From NCBI GenBank assembly GCA_000004695.1, contig CM000152.2, positions 3,776,001 through 3,840,000 on the forward strand: DNA of 64,000 nucleotides, given 5' to 3'. A model generated the notes under the pieces. That model searched no databases. It was not told the origin of the DNA and saw nothing but the letters and a program-made list of their open reading frames with translations. A program made the translations under genes and the position numbers. Source of the stretch: Dictyostelium discoideum (Eukaryota). Shown piece by piece: positions 49,514-63,760 of the stretch (its first letter is position 1; each line of letters starts with the position of its first letter).

Positions 49514-51473
49514 ATTTAATAGAGTTACAGAAATTTTAAATGGAAAAGGATTAAGAAAAGAATTAATATCAAAGAATGATGTTTCATATTATTTTTACCC
49601 AGATTGTAAAGTTGGTGATATTAAACCAATAAATGAAAGAGCATTGAAAACCAAGAAAAAGAAAGCATTGGGTGGTGACGCAGTGTTGATTAGGGGAAGC
49701 ATCGATAGGGTTGAGAGAGATTTAACTTATGAACAATTTTTAAGATTTGAAGAATTCTTTTCACCAAAACAAAGAGTATTCGATTTTGAAAATAATTATG
49801 ATGGTACGGGTTCCACTGATTTACTCTCAGTTTTATTTGAAAGTTCAACATGGAATTATAAAATTGATAAAGTTCAAAATGGCAGATACTTAAAGTTTCC
49901 TAATAATGCTGTTACAACCGATTGGAAGTTTGAGAAGAAACAACCTCATTCAATATTGAATGAATACAAAGCTGTCATTCAAGATACAACAATTTCAATT
50001 GACTCATTTTCAATTGGTCCTAATAATAGTTCACCATTCTTTTCAACTGCGACAATTAACAATGGTCCATTGGTAATCTATTCAAATCTTACAAAGAAAA
50101 AAGATGAATCAACTCATAATGTTTGTCATCGTGTTTTATATTATTTAGTAATTTTACAACAAAGATTATTAGGTTTTTCAAATGATGATAACAATATTGA
50201 AAATGATAAAAATAATTTTAGTTTTAAAAATGATTATTTAATTGAATTTAAAGAATTTGAAGAATTTGAAAATTTAAAAAATAATAATAATGATAATAAT
50301 AATGAAAATACTACAATTACTACAACAACAACAACAACAACAACATTAACAACAGTAAATACAACAAAAAATAATACAGAATTAAAAAAAAAATCAATAA
50401 TTGAAAAAACTGAAAATTTTATTAAAAATATTAAAAATGATAATGATATTATAACATTTTATGGTATTAAAATGAATAGAAATAATAAAGTAATTTATGT
50501 TACAAAAGGTATATCAAATATTGTTATAAATGAAAATGATAAAAAGAAAAAAGTAGAATTTGGTGATGAAGTTGTTGTTTCATTTTCATATTATTTAGCT
50601 GATGGGAAATTGGTAAAGGATCAAACTGAATTAACCATAACAGTTGGTGAATCTCAAAGTTGTATAGATGGTGTACACCATTCGTTAATGGAAATGCATG
50701 AAGGTGATTTAGTATTATCCATCGTTCATTCGAAATATGCGTATGGTGAAAAAGGTATAATCTTTGGTGACATTGATTTTTGTAATACTCTAGTGCCACC
50801 ATCATCAACCTTGGGTATTTTAATAGAACTATTAGAGATTAAACATCGTTCAAAATTGACAAACACTAAAGTTTCATCATTATCATTGAATGAGAAAATC
50901 GATTTAATTAAATCAAATAATAAAGAGGCCAAAGAGCATTTCTTGCGTAAAGATTATTTTAAAGCTTTGAAAATCTATAGAGGTAATAGAGTCTTATGTA
51001 ATCTTGACCTTATTGGTAAAGTCGATAGCGATGACCTATGGGACGAAATTAAATTATTGGCAGCTCAAACCCACACAAATCTCGCACTTTGCTATTTGGC
51101 CATGCCTTCACCACATCATCAAAGAATCATTGAATATTGTAATGAATCAATAGTTTTCGAAGAGACTAGTAAAGCTTATAGATTATCATCAGATGCATAT
51201 AAAGAATTAAATAATATTGAAAAAGCAATTGAGCAAATGGAAATTGCTAAAGAAATCGATTTCAATATTGATGATCATTTTAAAAGTAATCCAGAAAATA
51301 AAAATAAAATTAATCCAGTGCAAACTCTCTCTCAATCTCAATATATTCAAAAGATTAATTCTTTAAAAAAATTGGAAAGAAAAGAACTTGAAGATGAAAA
51401 AAATGTTTATAAAAATATTTTAAAAAATTTAGAATCTTCTGGTTTTGATCTTGCAAAAGATGATCATTTTTAA
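49256..51473 (+). CDS. FKBP-type peptidyl-prolyl isomerase domain plus C-terminal TPR repeats (FKBP8/AIP-like immunophilin, about 700 aa). Exons: 49256..49404, 49523..51473.
   Basis: Exon 1 is MISQSSPDAYNFMKPYIPKRENSFKAIFIPNDSKVEPFEIHLSKDKFYD, joined via GTAATA..TTTAATAG in phase 2 to EVTEILNGKGL… The FKBP fold is VEFGDEVVVSFSYYLADGKLVKDQTELTITVGESQSCIDGVHHSLMEMHEGDLVLSIVHSKYAYGEKG. TPR-like helices follow (EAKEHFLRKDYFKALKIYRG…THTNLALCYLAM…SKAYRLSSDAYKELNNIEKAIEQMEIAKEID). The listed ORF 49644.. begins at an in-frame TTG, not the real start. Confidence 0.8.
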
Positions 51474-51971
51474 AAAAAAAGAAAGTATAAATCTAAAAAT
51501 ATATTTTTTTTTTTTTTTTTTTTCTGAGAAAGGAAAAAAAGAAAAAAAAAAAAAAAAAATCTAGTCAACAAATGTTGATCAATATTATACAATTATTTAT
51601 TTATTTTATAGAAAAAAAAAAAAAAAAAAAAAAGTAATAAATAACAAAATAATATATCAAAAAAAAAAAAAAAAAAAAAAAAAAAATAAAATAAAAGTAT
51701 AATATTATTTGTTTTTAAAATAATAGTTAATTAAGAAACTATTTATTTTAATTTCTAATAAAATTCTCAAACTAATTAATTTTTTTTTAAAATATTAAAA
51801 TGATATTTGTTTATTTATTAATTTTTTTGATTTAAAAAGTTTAATTTTATTTTATTTAATTTATTTACAAATTTATTTATTTATTCTATTTACATGATTT
51901 CTTTTATATTTATAGTTTTTTTTTTTTTTTTTTTTTTTTTTAATTGTTATTCTAATTTTTAAAAAAATTGA

Positions 51972-54000
<2,029 letters not shown>

Positions 54001-54873
54001 TTAGTTTTTTTATAAAAAAAAAAAAAAAAATATATAAAATTATAAATTATTTTATTTGTTTTTTGTTATTTTTTTTTTTTGTGTTTTATGTTGTTGTTTT
54101 TTTTTTTTTTTTTTGGTTGTTTTTTGCTTATATATATATATCATCTGATTCCTTCAAAAAAATAAAAAACAAAAAAAAAACAAAAAAAAAAAAAAAAAAA
54201 AGTTAAAAAAAAAAAACAACACAACAAATTTTGATAAGGTGTTTTTTCACATTAAAAAAAAACAAAAACAACTTTTTTAAAATTTTTTTCTTTTATTTTT
54301 TTAAGATATTTTTACTTTTTTTTTTTTTTGGTTGGTGGTTACTTTTTTTTTTTTTTTTTAATTAAATTACCCATCTTTTTTATTTTTAGGAAAAAAAAAA
54401 AAAAAATTAATAAATTTTTTTTATAATTTTATTTTTAGTTTTTTTTTTTTTTAAAGTGTGGGATAAAATTATATCTACCCTATATCCTAAAGTCTTGGAT
54501 AAAATCTCGTGACATTTTTTTATTATTTTTTTTATTCTCAAATTTAATTTAGTTTTTTTTTTTATTTTTAACATGATCAACTATTTTTTTAATTTTTTTA
54601 ATTTAATTTAAACTCATTTTTATAATAAAAAAAAAAAAAAATATATATGTATATTAATGTGATGTAATCCATTTTTTAATAATTTAAAATGTATCTTTTT
54701 TTTTTCTTTTTTTTTATATTTTTTTTTTTTTTTTGAATATTTGGAAACAAATTATTTTTATTAATTTTAATAGTTTTTTTTTTTTTTTTTTTTTTAATCA
54801 TATTTTAAAACAACATTTTGAATACCAATTTGAGCTATAGTATTGATTAATTAAGGATCATTTGTTTGTTTTT

Positions 54874-55824
54874 TTAATCATATTTTAAAACAACGTTTTC
54901 AATACCAACTGGAGCTTTAGCATTGATTAATTCAGGATCATTGGTAAATAATGCACGAATTCCAGCTGTACTGAAATTTTTAAATCCTTCAGAAATTTGT
55001 TGATTAACTTGTTTAACAGCATCTCTTTGACCAATTAAATCTAACCATTTAAAAATATTTGGGAAACGTTCTTTAGTTGCATTATAAAATGGTACAAAGT
55101 TTAAGTATAATAACCATCCGGCACTTGCAATATCAGCAATTGAAAATTCATTTCCACCAATATATGGTGATACTGATAATCTATCATCTAACAATCTAAG
55201 AACACGTTGAGCTTCATTATTAAATCTATGTAAAGAATATTCTTGAACAGTTGGTGAAAAGTATGAAAAATGGAAAAATTGTCCAAATGCTGGTCCAAGG
55301 TTGGCTGGAAAACAAAAAAATAAAAAAAAAAAAAAATGTTATTGTTAAAAATTTATACTTTGTTTTTTTTTTTAACAAACAAATTTATTTAAAAACATAC
55401 CTGCTTGCCAAACTGACCATGTAATAACATCAGAATTTTCTTTTGGATTGGTTTTAAAATCTGGAAGGAAAGTATTATATTTTTGTGCTAAATATATTAA
55501 AATTGATACAGATTCGAAAACTATTATTGGTTTTTCTCCAGTTTGATCAACAATTGCTGGAACTTTTTTATTTGGATTAATCTAATATTTTATAAAAATT
55601 TATTAATATTAAAATAAATAAATAAAAATTAAAATTAAATAAAATTTAATTACTTTTACAAACTCATCAGAATAATTTTCTTTTTTTGTAATATCGATGG
55701 TTTTACTTTCATAAGTGATACCATGTGAATTTTCTAATTCGAGTAAAATTAATTTAATTTTATAAGTATTTGGAGTACCATTTGTATAAAAAATGAAGTC
55801 AACTTTATTATTAATTTCAATCAT
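54874..55824 (-). CDS. Glutathione S-transferase. Three exons on minus: 55824..55654, 55581..55401, 55304..54874.
   Basis: The thioredoxin-fold N-domain is MIEINNKVDFIFYTNGTPNTYKIKLILLELENSHGITYESKTIDITKKENYSDEFVK | INPNKKVPAIVDQTGEKPIIVFESVSILIYLAQKY…WSVWQA | ANLGPAFGQFFHF…, with the classic INP..KVPAL and ESxxI motifs. The C-domain has GGNEFSIADIASAGWL… The introns are GTAATT..ATATTAG (phase 0) and GTATGT..TTTTCCAG (phase 1). Confidence 0.85.
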
Positions 55825-56476
55825 TTTATTATTATTATTTTTTAAAAATTTTGTATTGTAAAAATTTATATTATTATTATTATTTTATTGAATTTATTTA
55901 TTTGTTTTTTTGTATTTTTTGTTTTTTATATAATACTTTAAAAAAAAAAAATTATCATTTTTATACTTATTTTTAATATTCCATGACGTTATAAAAATTT
56001 AATAATTTAAAATTACGTAATAAAAAATTTTAGATTATCTTCTGAATAGTCTTCTATTTTTAAAAAAAAAAACCATAACTATAATTATTTTTTAATGATT
56101 CATTCGCGAACAAAAAAAAGATCCCACAAAAAAAAAAAATTGCAAATTCATTACAAAAAAAAAAAAAAAATAAAAAAATTAAATATCGTGATAAATCTTT
56201 AAATTTTTATTTTTATTTTATATTTTATTTTTTTCATTAATTTTAAAAATAAAAAGTTCTGCTATTTTATCTAATTTTATTTGAAATTGATCAAAATTTT
56301 CAAACCATTTTTTTTTTATTTTTATTTTTTATTTTTTTTTTTTATGATTTCTATGAGCGTGAAATTGAATTTTTTATTTTTTATTTTTTTTTTTACCACA
56401 AGAAAATGATAAAATTAAAGTGTTTTTTTTTTCCTGTCAATCCAAAAACTTCAATTAAATAATAAAATATAATAAA

Positions 56477-56743
56477 ATGAAAGATGAAGATGTTAGACCT
56501 ATAGTTATTGATAATGGTTCTGGTATGTGTAAAGCTGGGTTTGCAGGTGATGATGCTCCACGTGCTGTTTTCCCATCGGTCGTTGGTCGTCCAAGACATA
56601 CAGGCGTAATAGTGGGTATGGGCGAAAAAGATTCATATGTTGGTGATGAAGCTCAGTTGAAAAGGGGTTTAATTAAACAAGGTATTGTTATAAATTGGGA
56701 AAATATGGAAATAATTTGGCATTATACTAAACCAAACATTTAA
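56477..56743 (+). pseudogene. Actin gene fragment / pseudogene (N-terminal roughly 65 residues of conventional actin, then divergence and a stop). Degenerate GC-richer sequence follows to about 57110.
   Basis: [64 protein letters not shown] is about 90% identical to the actin N-terminus ([64 protein letters not shown]). It then reads [24 protein letters not shown], losing TLKYPIEH and truncating. The next 360 bp is non-repetitive and unusually G+C-rich for this genome, but has no open frame. Confidence 0.7.
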
Positions 56744-57481
56744 TTAACAGTGATGCTACTTTGTATTTGGAATAGCTGTTGGTATTGAACCAAATAAACC
56801 AGAGTTGTAGCTACAATTTTTTGTTGAACTGGTTGAATTAAACCACCTTCAGTAGCTGCTGCTGATTGAGGTTGACTAAAGCACATCATGATGAGCTAAC
56901 TGTAGTAGTTTGGACACAAGTGATTGGTTGTGTTTGACTATCTAATAATGATGTAGTTGGATGTGTGTTAACGATGATTGCATATTGGTAAATAATGAAG
57001 ATGACGGTGATGCCGTTGCTTATTGTACTATTACTGATGAGTCGGTGGTGTTGATATTGTATGGTGATTATTTGCATTGCTGATCGATATGCTAACATCT
57101 CTCTTTGTTGTTTCTATAGTATTTTTTCATTGTTATTATTATAACATTTAATTTTTTGTTGTTGTAATATTTATTATTATTGCTTTAAAAATAAGATGAT
57201 GTGAAATAAAAAATAAAAAAAATGTTTGGTTGGTGCTGTTAAATAAAAAATAAAAAATAATTGTTAATTTTTTTTATTATTTCATTAATTAATTTTTTTC
57301 AAAACGGATTTATTTAAAAATAGATTCGACAAAAAAAAAAAATAATAAAAATAAAAATAAAAATAAAAATGTAAAAAAATAAAAAAAAAAAAAAATTGAA
57401 AATTGAAAATTTGAAAAGTTTTCATTTTTTTTTTGAAAATCAAACAAAGACAAAAAAAAAAAAAAAAAAAAAGAATCAAAT

Positions 57482-57611
57482 ATGTACAGTGGTGATGATG
57501 TATCAGCAATCGTTATTGATGTTGGAACCTTTTCAACAAAAGGTGGTTATGCTGGTGAAGATTCACCAAAAGCAGTATTTCCAACTGTAAGTTTTTTTTT
57601 TAAATTTTTTT

Positions 57612-57644
<33 letters not shown>

Positions 57645-58285
57645 CTAATCTGCTAATATTCAATAATTTATTATTAGGATATAGGTGTTGTATATAAAAA
57701 CGAGAATGAAACAGTTGGAACAGGTGATTCTGAAATGGGTGAAAAAGATGATTCAGAACCAAAGAGAACTTATTATTGTGGTACAAATGGTATCACTTAT
57801 AGAAGACCACATATGGAGATCATTAATCCTTTATCCGATGGTTTAAGTAAATTTTAAATTTTATAAAAAATTTATTAAATAATAATAATAACAACAATAA
57901 CAATAATAATAATAATTTATAAAAATATTAATTTTAATTATTATTATTATTTTTTTTTTTTTTTCACAAACACCCAGTTAAAAATTGGGATGCGATGGAA
58001 CAAATTTGGAATCATACTTTCTATGAAAGATTACATATCAACCCAATTGAACATCCAATATTATTAGCAGAACCAACATATAATACAAGAGCAATTAGAG
58101 AGAAAGTAACAGAGATTATGTTTGAAAAATATCATGCACCAGCATTATTCATTGCAAAGAATGCTGTTTTATCTTCATTTGCAAGTTCAAAAGCATCTTC
58201 ATTAGTATTAGATTCTGGTGGTGGTATGACTTCTGTCACACCTGTATTTGAAGGTTTTGTTGTTAAAAATGGTAAAATTATTAAA

Positions 58286-58375
<90 letters not shown>

Positions 58376-58378
58376 TGG

Positions 58379-58437
<59 letters not shown>

Positions 58438-59332
58438 AAACTAATATTCTTATTAATATTAATACAAATAATAATAATAATGAATAGGTATTGTAAAATC
58501 AAATTTAGCAGGTAATAGATTAACAGAAGAATATTATAGAATTTTATCTAGTAAAAATATTACAGTCAATCCAATTAATTTAATTAAAAAAGTAGAGATT
58601 AAAACTGGTGAATTTGGTATTACACCATACAATATACCAACACTCACTGAATCTTATAAAAGATATGTTACATTAGAAACTATTAGAGATTTAAAAGAAA
58701 CTTCTTGTAGAGTTTCTGATACAAAGGATTTAGGTGAAGAGTAAGAATATATATATATATTTTAAAAACTACAAAAATAATAATAATAATAATAATTTTA
58801 ATATTAATATAAACATTAATAATTTAATAGTATAAATATAGCACAAGTACCATATGAATTGCCAGATGGTAATTTATTAGAGATTGGTTCAGATAGATTT
58901 CAAATTCCTGAATTATTATTTAATCCAACACCATTGAATGAACAAATTTTAAATAACAATAATAATAATAGCAATGGTGAGAATACAACAACATCATCAG
59001 TTGTTCAACAACCACAATATCAAGGATTAGGAAGAATGATTATAGAATCATTAGAGAAAAGTGATACAGATATTCGTAAAGAATTAATAAGTAATTTAAT
59101 TATAACTGGTGGTAATACATTATTTGCAGGTTTCCAAGAAAGATTAGTTAGAGACATTTCTGAAATCTCTTATAATAAACCAAAAATCGTTGCAAATCAA
59201 ACTGAAAAAAAGAATTCAGTTTGGATTGGTGGTTCTGTTCTTGGTTCATTAGGTACTTTTCAACAAATGTGGATGTCAAAATCTGAATGGGAAGAATTTG
59301 GTCGTCCATTAGTTGAAAAGAAATGTCCATAA
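57482..59332 (+). CDS. Actin-related protein 4 (Arp4 / BAF53 / ACTL6-like), 440 aa. Five exons: 57482..57586, 57678..57846, 57978..58271, 58488..58740, 58831..59332.
   Basis: Exon 1 is [35 protein letters not shown] (yeast Arp4 is VYGGDEVSAVVIDPGSYTTNIGYSGSDFPQSILPS). Exon 2 has …[26 protein letters not shown]; exon 3 has [19 protein letters not shown]…[21 protein letters not shown]; exon 5 has …[26 protein letters not shown]… and the C-terminus [39 protein letters not shown], which matches human ACTL6A …[38 protein letters not shown]. The introns are GTAAGT, GTAAAT, GTAAAA and GTAAGA paired with AG, in phases 0, 1, 1 and 2. Intron 3 contains an (ATT)n run at 58285..58435. Confidence 0.85.
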
Positions 59333-59529
59333 AATACATAATTAATTTCAAAAATAAAAAAAAAAATAAAAAAAATAAAAAAAAAAAAAGTTAAACTAAA
59401 TAAATGACATATATATGTGTGTGTGTGTGTGTGTAAATCCAAATTATAAATTGGATACAAATATTGAATATGAGAAAAAGGATTTTTTTTTTTTTTTTTT
59501 TTTTTAGTTTTTAGTTTTTAATTTTTTAT

Positions 59530-59998
59530 TTAAATATGAGTATCTAATCTATTATGAACTTCTTCTTGAATTCTTGTTAAATAACGTAAATAAACAGTTT
59601 GTTTTAAAGCTTCTTGATAATTTTTATTTTGAAATTCGTTTTCTAATTTTTCAACTACATCATTAATCTTTTGACGATTTTCATGTGCAATCTTTGTAAT
59701 ATCCTCTTCGGTACCTTCATCAATTGCTTCTCTAACCTCTAAAACCTCCATTAAAACTTCTGGGTCAACATCACCTACTGATGATAAATCTAATCCCTTT
59801 TGATTTAAAATGTATTCTGCTCTTAAAAATGGTGATTTCAATATGTTATGTGCTGTATTTAAAGATGTTGTAATCTCTTTTGATATATTCTTCTCTTTTT
59901 GACTATCACTTTGTTCAAATAAATCTGGATGTAATTGTTTTTGTAACTTTTTAAATCTATGTGATAAATCTTTTAAATCTACACGAAATGATGGTTTA

Positions 59999-60039
<41 letters not shown>

Positions 60040-60519
60040 CCAAAAAAAAAAAAGAAAAAGATTTAGAAAGTGTAATAGAATAAATACATACATATCAAAT
60101 AGATAAAATATATCAATACTATCATCCATTTGTTGAACTTTATTACACATTGGGCAAAATATCTTTTTCTTTTCAATATGTTCATTACATGACCAACATG
60201 GACTTGCTTTTATTTTTTTTAAAAGTTCACTACCATGGTTACTACCACTACTATTATTATTATTATTATTATTATTGTTGTTACTACCACAAGTTGAACT
60301 ACAATTACTATTATTACCACAACCGTTTTGTGTACTTGTTGTACTATAAAATTTGTTGATTGAGGATTCTGGTGATTTATTAAAAATGAAATTATTATTA
60401 TTTATATATTTATTGATTGGTGATGTATAATAATTATTATTATTTATAAATTTTATATTAGCAGGATTTACAACTTTAAAATTTTTATTATTGAATAATA
60501 TATTTAATGTTTTATTCAT
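59530..60519 (-). CDS. HscB/Jac1-type J-domain co-chaperone for Fe-S cluster assembly. Two exons on minus: 60519..60092, 59998..59530.
   Basis: Exon 1 has an N-rich presequence-like N-terminus, then the tetra-Cys module CWSCNEHIEKKKIFCPMCNKVQ (as in eukaryotic HSCB) and …DIFYLFD. After GTATGT..AAAAAG in phase 2 comes the J-domain IKPSFRVDLKDLSHRFKKLQKQLHPDLFEQSDSQKEKNISKEITTSLNTAHNILKSPFLRAEYIL. The HscB C-terminal helical domain follows (…EVLMEVLEVREAIDEG…). Confidence 0.8.
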
Positions 60520-60783
60520 TTTGTTTTTCTTTTGTTAATTTCACAATGTTATGAAAAGAAATGCATTTCTTTTTTTCATTTTTTAGTTTTTGTTTTTTTT
60601 TTTTTTTTTTTAATTTTTATTTTTTTTTTATTTTTTAATTTTTTTTAAAAGGAAATAAAAAATATCTGAAAAACATCCAGCAAATTATTAGGTCCAAAAA
60701 AGGTTTTGTTTTTTTTTTTTTGTTTTTTTTTTATTTTTTAAATTAATTAATTTAATATTTTTTATTTTTAATTTTTTAACTAT

Positions 60784-60950
60784 TTATGTCCATGGATAAA
60801 AATTAGTAAATAAAACAGAACCTAAAACATTATAAAGTATAAAATAAGATAAAATTAAAATTCTTTCAACTCTTTCTTTTTTGCAAGATTTTGATGTTAA
60901 TTTTGATTCTTCTTTTTTCTTTATACCAGTATTATTATTATTATTATTAC

Positions 60951-61045
<95 letters not shown>

Positions 61046-62222
61046 TTATTATCATTATTATTACTACTAGAATCAGACATTCTTGGTGAAGAAGTTGGAA
61101 CTTCAGGAATTTTATTCATAAAGAATTTAGCACAGAACCAAAATATTAAAGGTGAATGAATGAAAAATCTTGTAATAACTTGAACATGCATAAAAGTTAC
61201 AGAGAAAATTGTTAAAAATGATAGATAAACAATGAATGGTAATAAATGTGGACTATAGTAAACAACAGAGAAAGTATCACTTGTATGACCAATTGAAGCC
61301 AATTGTGAAGTTGTATCAATTGTTATATTCTTTGATCTACTTTTAAAAGTTGAATAAATCATTTGATTTGGTTGATTTATAAAATATCTTAAATAACTTA
61401 AAATTGAACCAACCGATAATAATACCATTGGTGTTGCAAATAAAAAGTTTGGAATTTGACTAACTGTATAATAATTAAAAAATCCTTGATTCCAATAATG
61501 ATTTTGAACAAATCCATATAAATTTGGATATTTAAATAATCCACTTGTATCACCACTACCACACCATGGTCTTGGCCAATCACCATTTTTAATTAATTCA
61601 AAGTTGTTATTATTATTATTATTACAAAATCTTGAATAACCATAATATTGAAAAATAATATATGGTAAAATTATAATTAATGATTGAATTATTATTAATA
61701 ATGGATATAATAATAAATCTTTTGATAGTGTTGAATTATCGAAAGCACTATTTACAAGTGGTAATTTATCCATTGAATTTGAAGGTTTCAACAAATAAGT
61801 TTTCTTATAGGTTTTAGTTGAATGTAAAAATCTAAGAATTAATCTTGCCATATGAGTTATATAACTTGAATAGTAAGTATAAATTATGAAACCACACATT
61901 AATATACCATTTGATCTTGTTGCAGTTGCCAAAGAGAAAAATAAACTTGCCAAAGTTGTACACCAAATCTTTCTTGATAATGGCATTGAATGTGTACCTA
62001 ATTCTCTACCATTCATTTCTAATAAATAATAATCACCACCAAATACTTGTACTAATCCACTAAATATCATTAAATTAAATAAATTCTCTGTATAAACTGC
62101 TGTTGTAAATACTCCTGCTGGATTAATACAATATAATAATGTTGCTGTGAATGCAAATTCACTATTATTAAATATAATATATCCTAATCTATTTATTTAT
62201 TTTTTTTGAAAGTAATAATATC

Positions 62223-62277
<55 letters not shown>

Positions 62278-62939
62278 TTTAATATTTATTATTAATTATT
62301 ATTTATTATTATTATTATAATAGTTTTAATATTTACTTTAATAATTGAACTGCTGATAAAACAAATGATAAATTACTAATAATAAAACCTGATACTATAA
62401 TACAATCACTAAATGATAGTGAATGAATAAATGAAAAACTATTTAAAGCTAATAATAATAATAATAATAAAAATATTAGTAAATTAGAATTATTTAATTT
62501 TGTACTTATATAGGTATAGTTATTGTTTTTATAATAAGAAAAAATTACCTTTTCCAACAATATTCATTAATAAAGGGAATAAAGGAAAAAATGCATGATT
62601 TTGTTCATGTTCATAACCAAATTCAGCGATTCTAATGAAATAGATACTATCCCATTTAACAAAAATTCTTTTAATAAGGAAATTTACAATTGGTGATGTA
62701 TTTGAATGATCTTTTAAATTTGATATTGATGATTTTTCGTCATTTAAAATTAAAGAGGAGTCATTTGGTTCCTTTAATGGTGATAATGCATTTATTGATG
62801 TTGAACTATCGAAATTTTCTAATTGTTGTGATACTATTAAACAATAAATCCAAATAATTAATTTACAAATAATTGCAACTTTGATTATTGTATTTCTTTG
62901 TTTTTTATATTTAATTATATTATTATTTAATATTTTCAT
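60784..62939 (-). CDS. GPI mannosyltransferase 2 (PIG-V / Gpi18 family, Mannosyl_trans2). Three exons on minus: 62939..62549, 62448..62337, 62188..60784.
   Basis: Exon 1 is MKILNNNIIKYKKQRNTIIKVAIICKLIIWIYCLIV… with the family signature WDSIYFIRIAEFGYEHEQNHAFFPLFPLLMNIVGK. After GTAATT..TATTAG (phase 1) it reads ALNSFSFIHSLSFSDCIIVSGFIISNLSFVLSAVQLL. After GTAAAT..AAATAG (phase 2) it reads KLGYIIFNNSEFAFTATLLYCINPAGVFTTAVYTENLFNLMIFSG… It is multi-TM to the C-terminus, with a polyN insert from (ATT)n at about 60930..61060. The true ATG at 62939 was chosen over the listed poly-Lys start at 62966. Confidence 0.8.
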
Positions 62940-63289
62940 TGTTTTTTTCTTTTTTTTTAATTTCACAAAAAATGAAAAAAAAAAAAAATAAAAAAAATAA
63001 AAAAAAAAAAAAAAAAAAAACCAATTTGATATTTATTTTTTATTTATTTTCCTTTTTTTTTTTTTTACTTAACAACGATTTAATTTTATTTAATTTAATT
63101 TTAAAAAGAATTTAGTATAAAAAAATAGAACACCCATAAATACACGAAACGATATAAAATATAAAAAAAATGAATGTAACCATTGAATCTTTTTTTATTT
63201 TTTAATTAATTCAATTCTAGTTGTTCCTCAAAATAAAAAAAAAGTCGATTCTAAAAAATAATAAATGAAAAAAAAATATATTTTATTGG

Positions 63290-63651
63290 AGCTTTTTTAT
63301 AAATTATTTTTAGTTATTTTAATTTATTTTTAGTTTTTTGATTTCAAATTATTTTTATATTAATAAATGATATCATCTTCTTTTCAAAATGCCATAGTGC
63401 ATAGATAAATCTTTCCTTTCTCTGACTTTTGATTAGAATTGATTCATTTTATTTGTTTAGAAATAATGATGATCAACCTTTCTTTATGATATAGTGCATA
63501 GATAAATCTTTCCTTTCTCTATCATTTGATTGGTATTGATTCATATATTATATTATCTAGATTATAATTGAATTTAACCCATTTTTATTTGGTAAAATTA
63601 CTCTATAAAAAAATAATAATAAAGTTAGATTAAAATTGTTTTTTTTTTTAT

Positions 63652-63682
<31 letters not shown>

Positions 63683-63760
63683 TTACTTACCTTTTTTTTT
63701 ATATTCTTAAATAAAAATCAAACTCTAACAATTAAAAAGGTTTAGATAAAAGTTGATTGA
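63290..63760. repeat. Solo copy of the roughly 350-bp sub-element from the 42-47 kb tandem array, with an inverted terminal segment
   Basis: 63368..63645 matches 43211..43490 (gatatcatcttcttttcaaaatgccatagtgcatagataaatctttcctttctctgac…ttggtaaaattactctataaaaaaa…aaagttagattaaaattgtt). 63715..63760 (caaactctaacaattaaaaaggtttagataaaagttgattgata) is the reverse complement of 43535..43580, giving this copy inverted ends. Each element has an internal approximately 35-bp direct repeat (tgcatagataaatctttcctttctct, twice). Confidence 0.85.

Noticed and set aside
50524-50932. Minus-strand ORFs 50524..50808 and 50726..50932 inside the FKBP-TPR gene; 61398..61586 inside PIG-V; 36950..37141 and 38057..38269 inside the surface-protein gene; 18795..19007 inside the kinase gene
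   Set aside because: These are antisense ORFs within long sense-strand coding exons that have clear homology. They have no independent support.
56886-57098. ORF 56886..57098 (-) MLAYRSAMQIITIQYQHHRLISNSTISNG…
   Set aside because: This lies in the degenerate GC-rich tail after the actin fragment. Its composition is not protein-like (Thr/Ile/Ser runs), it has no homology, and it is more likely part of the pseudogene debris.
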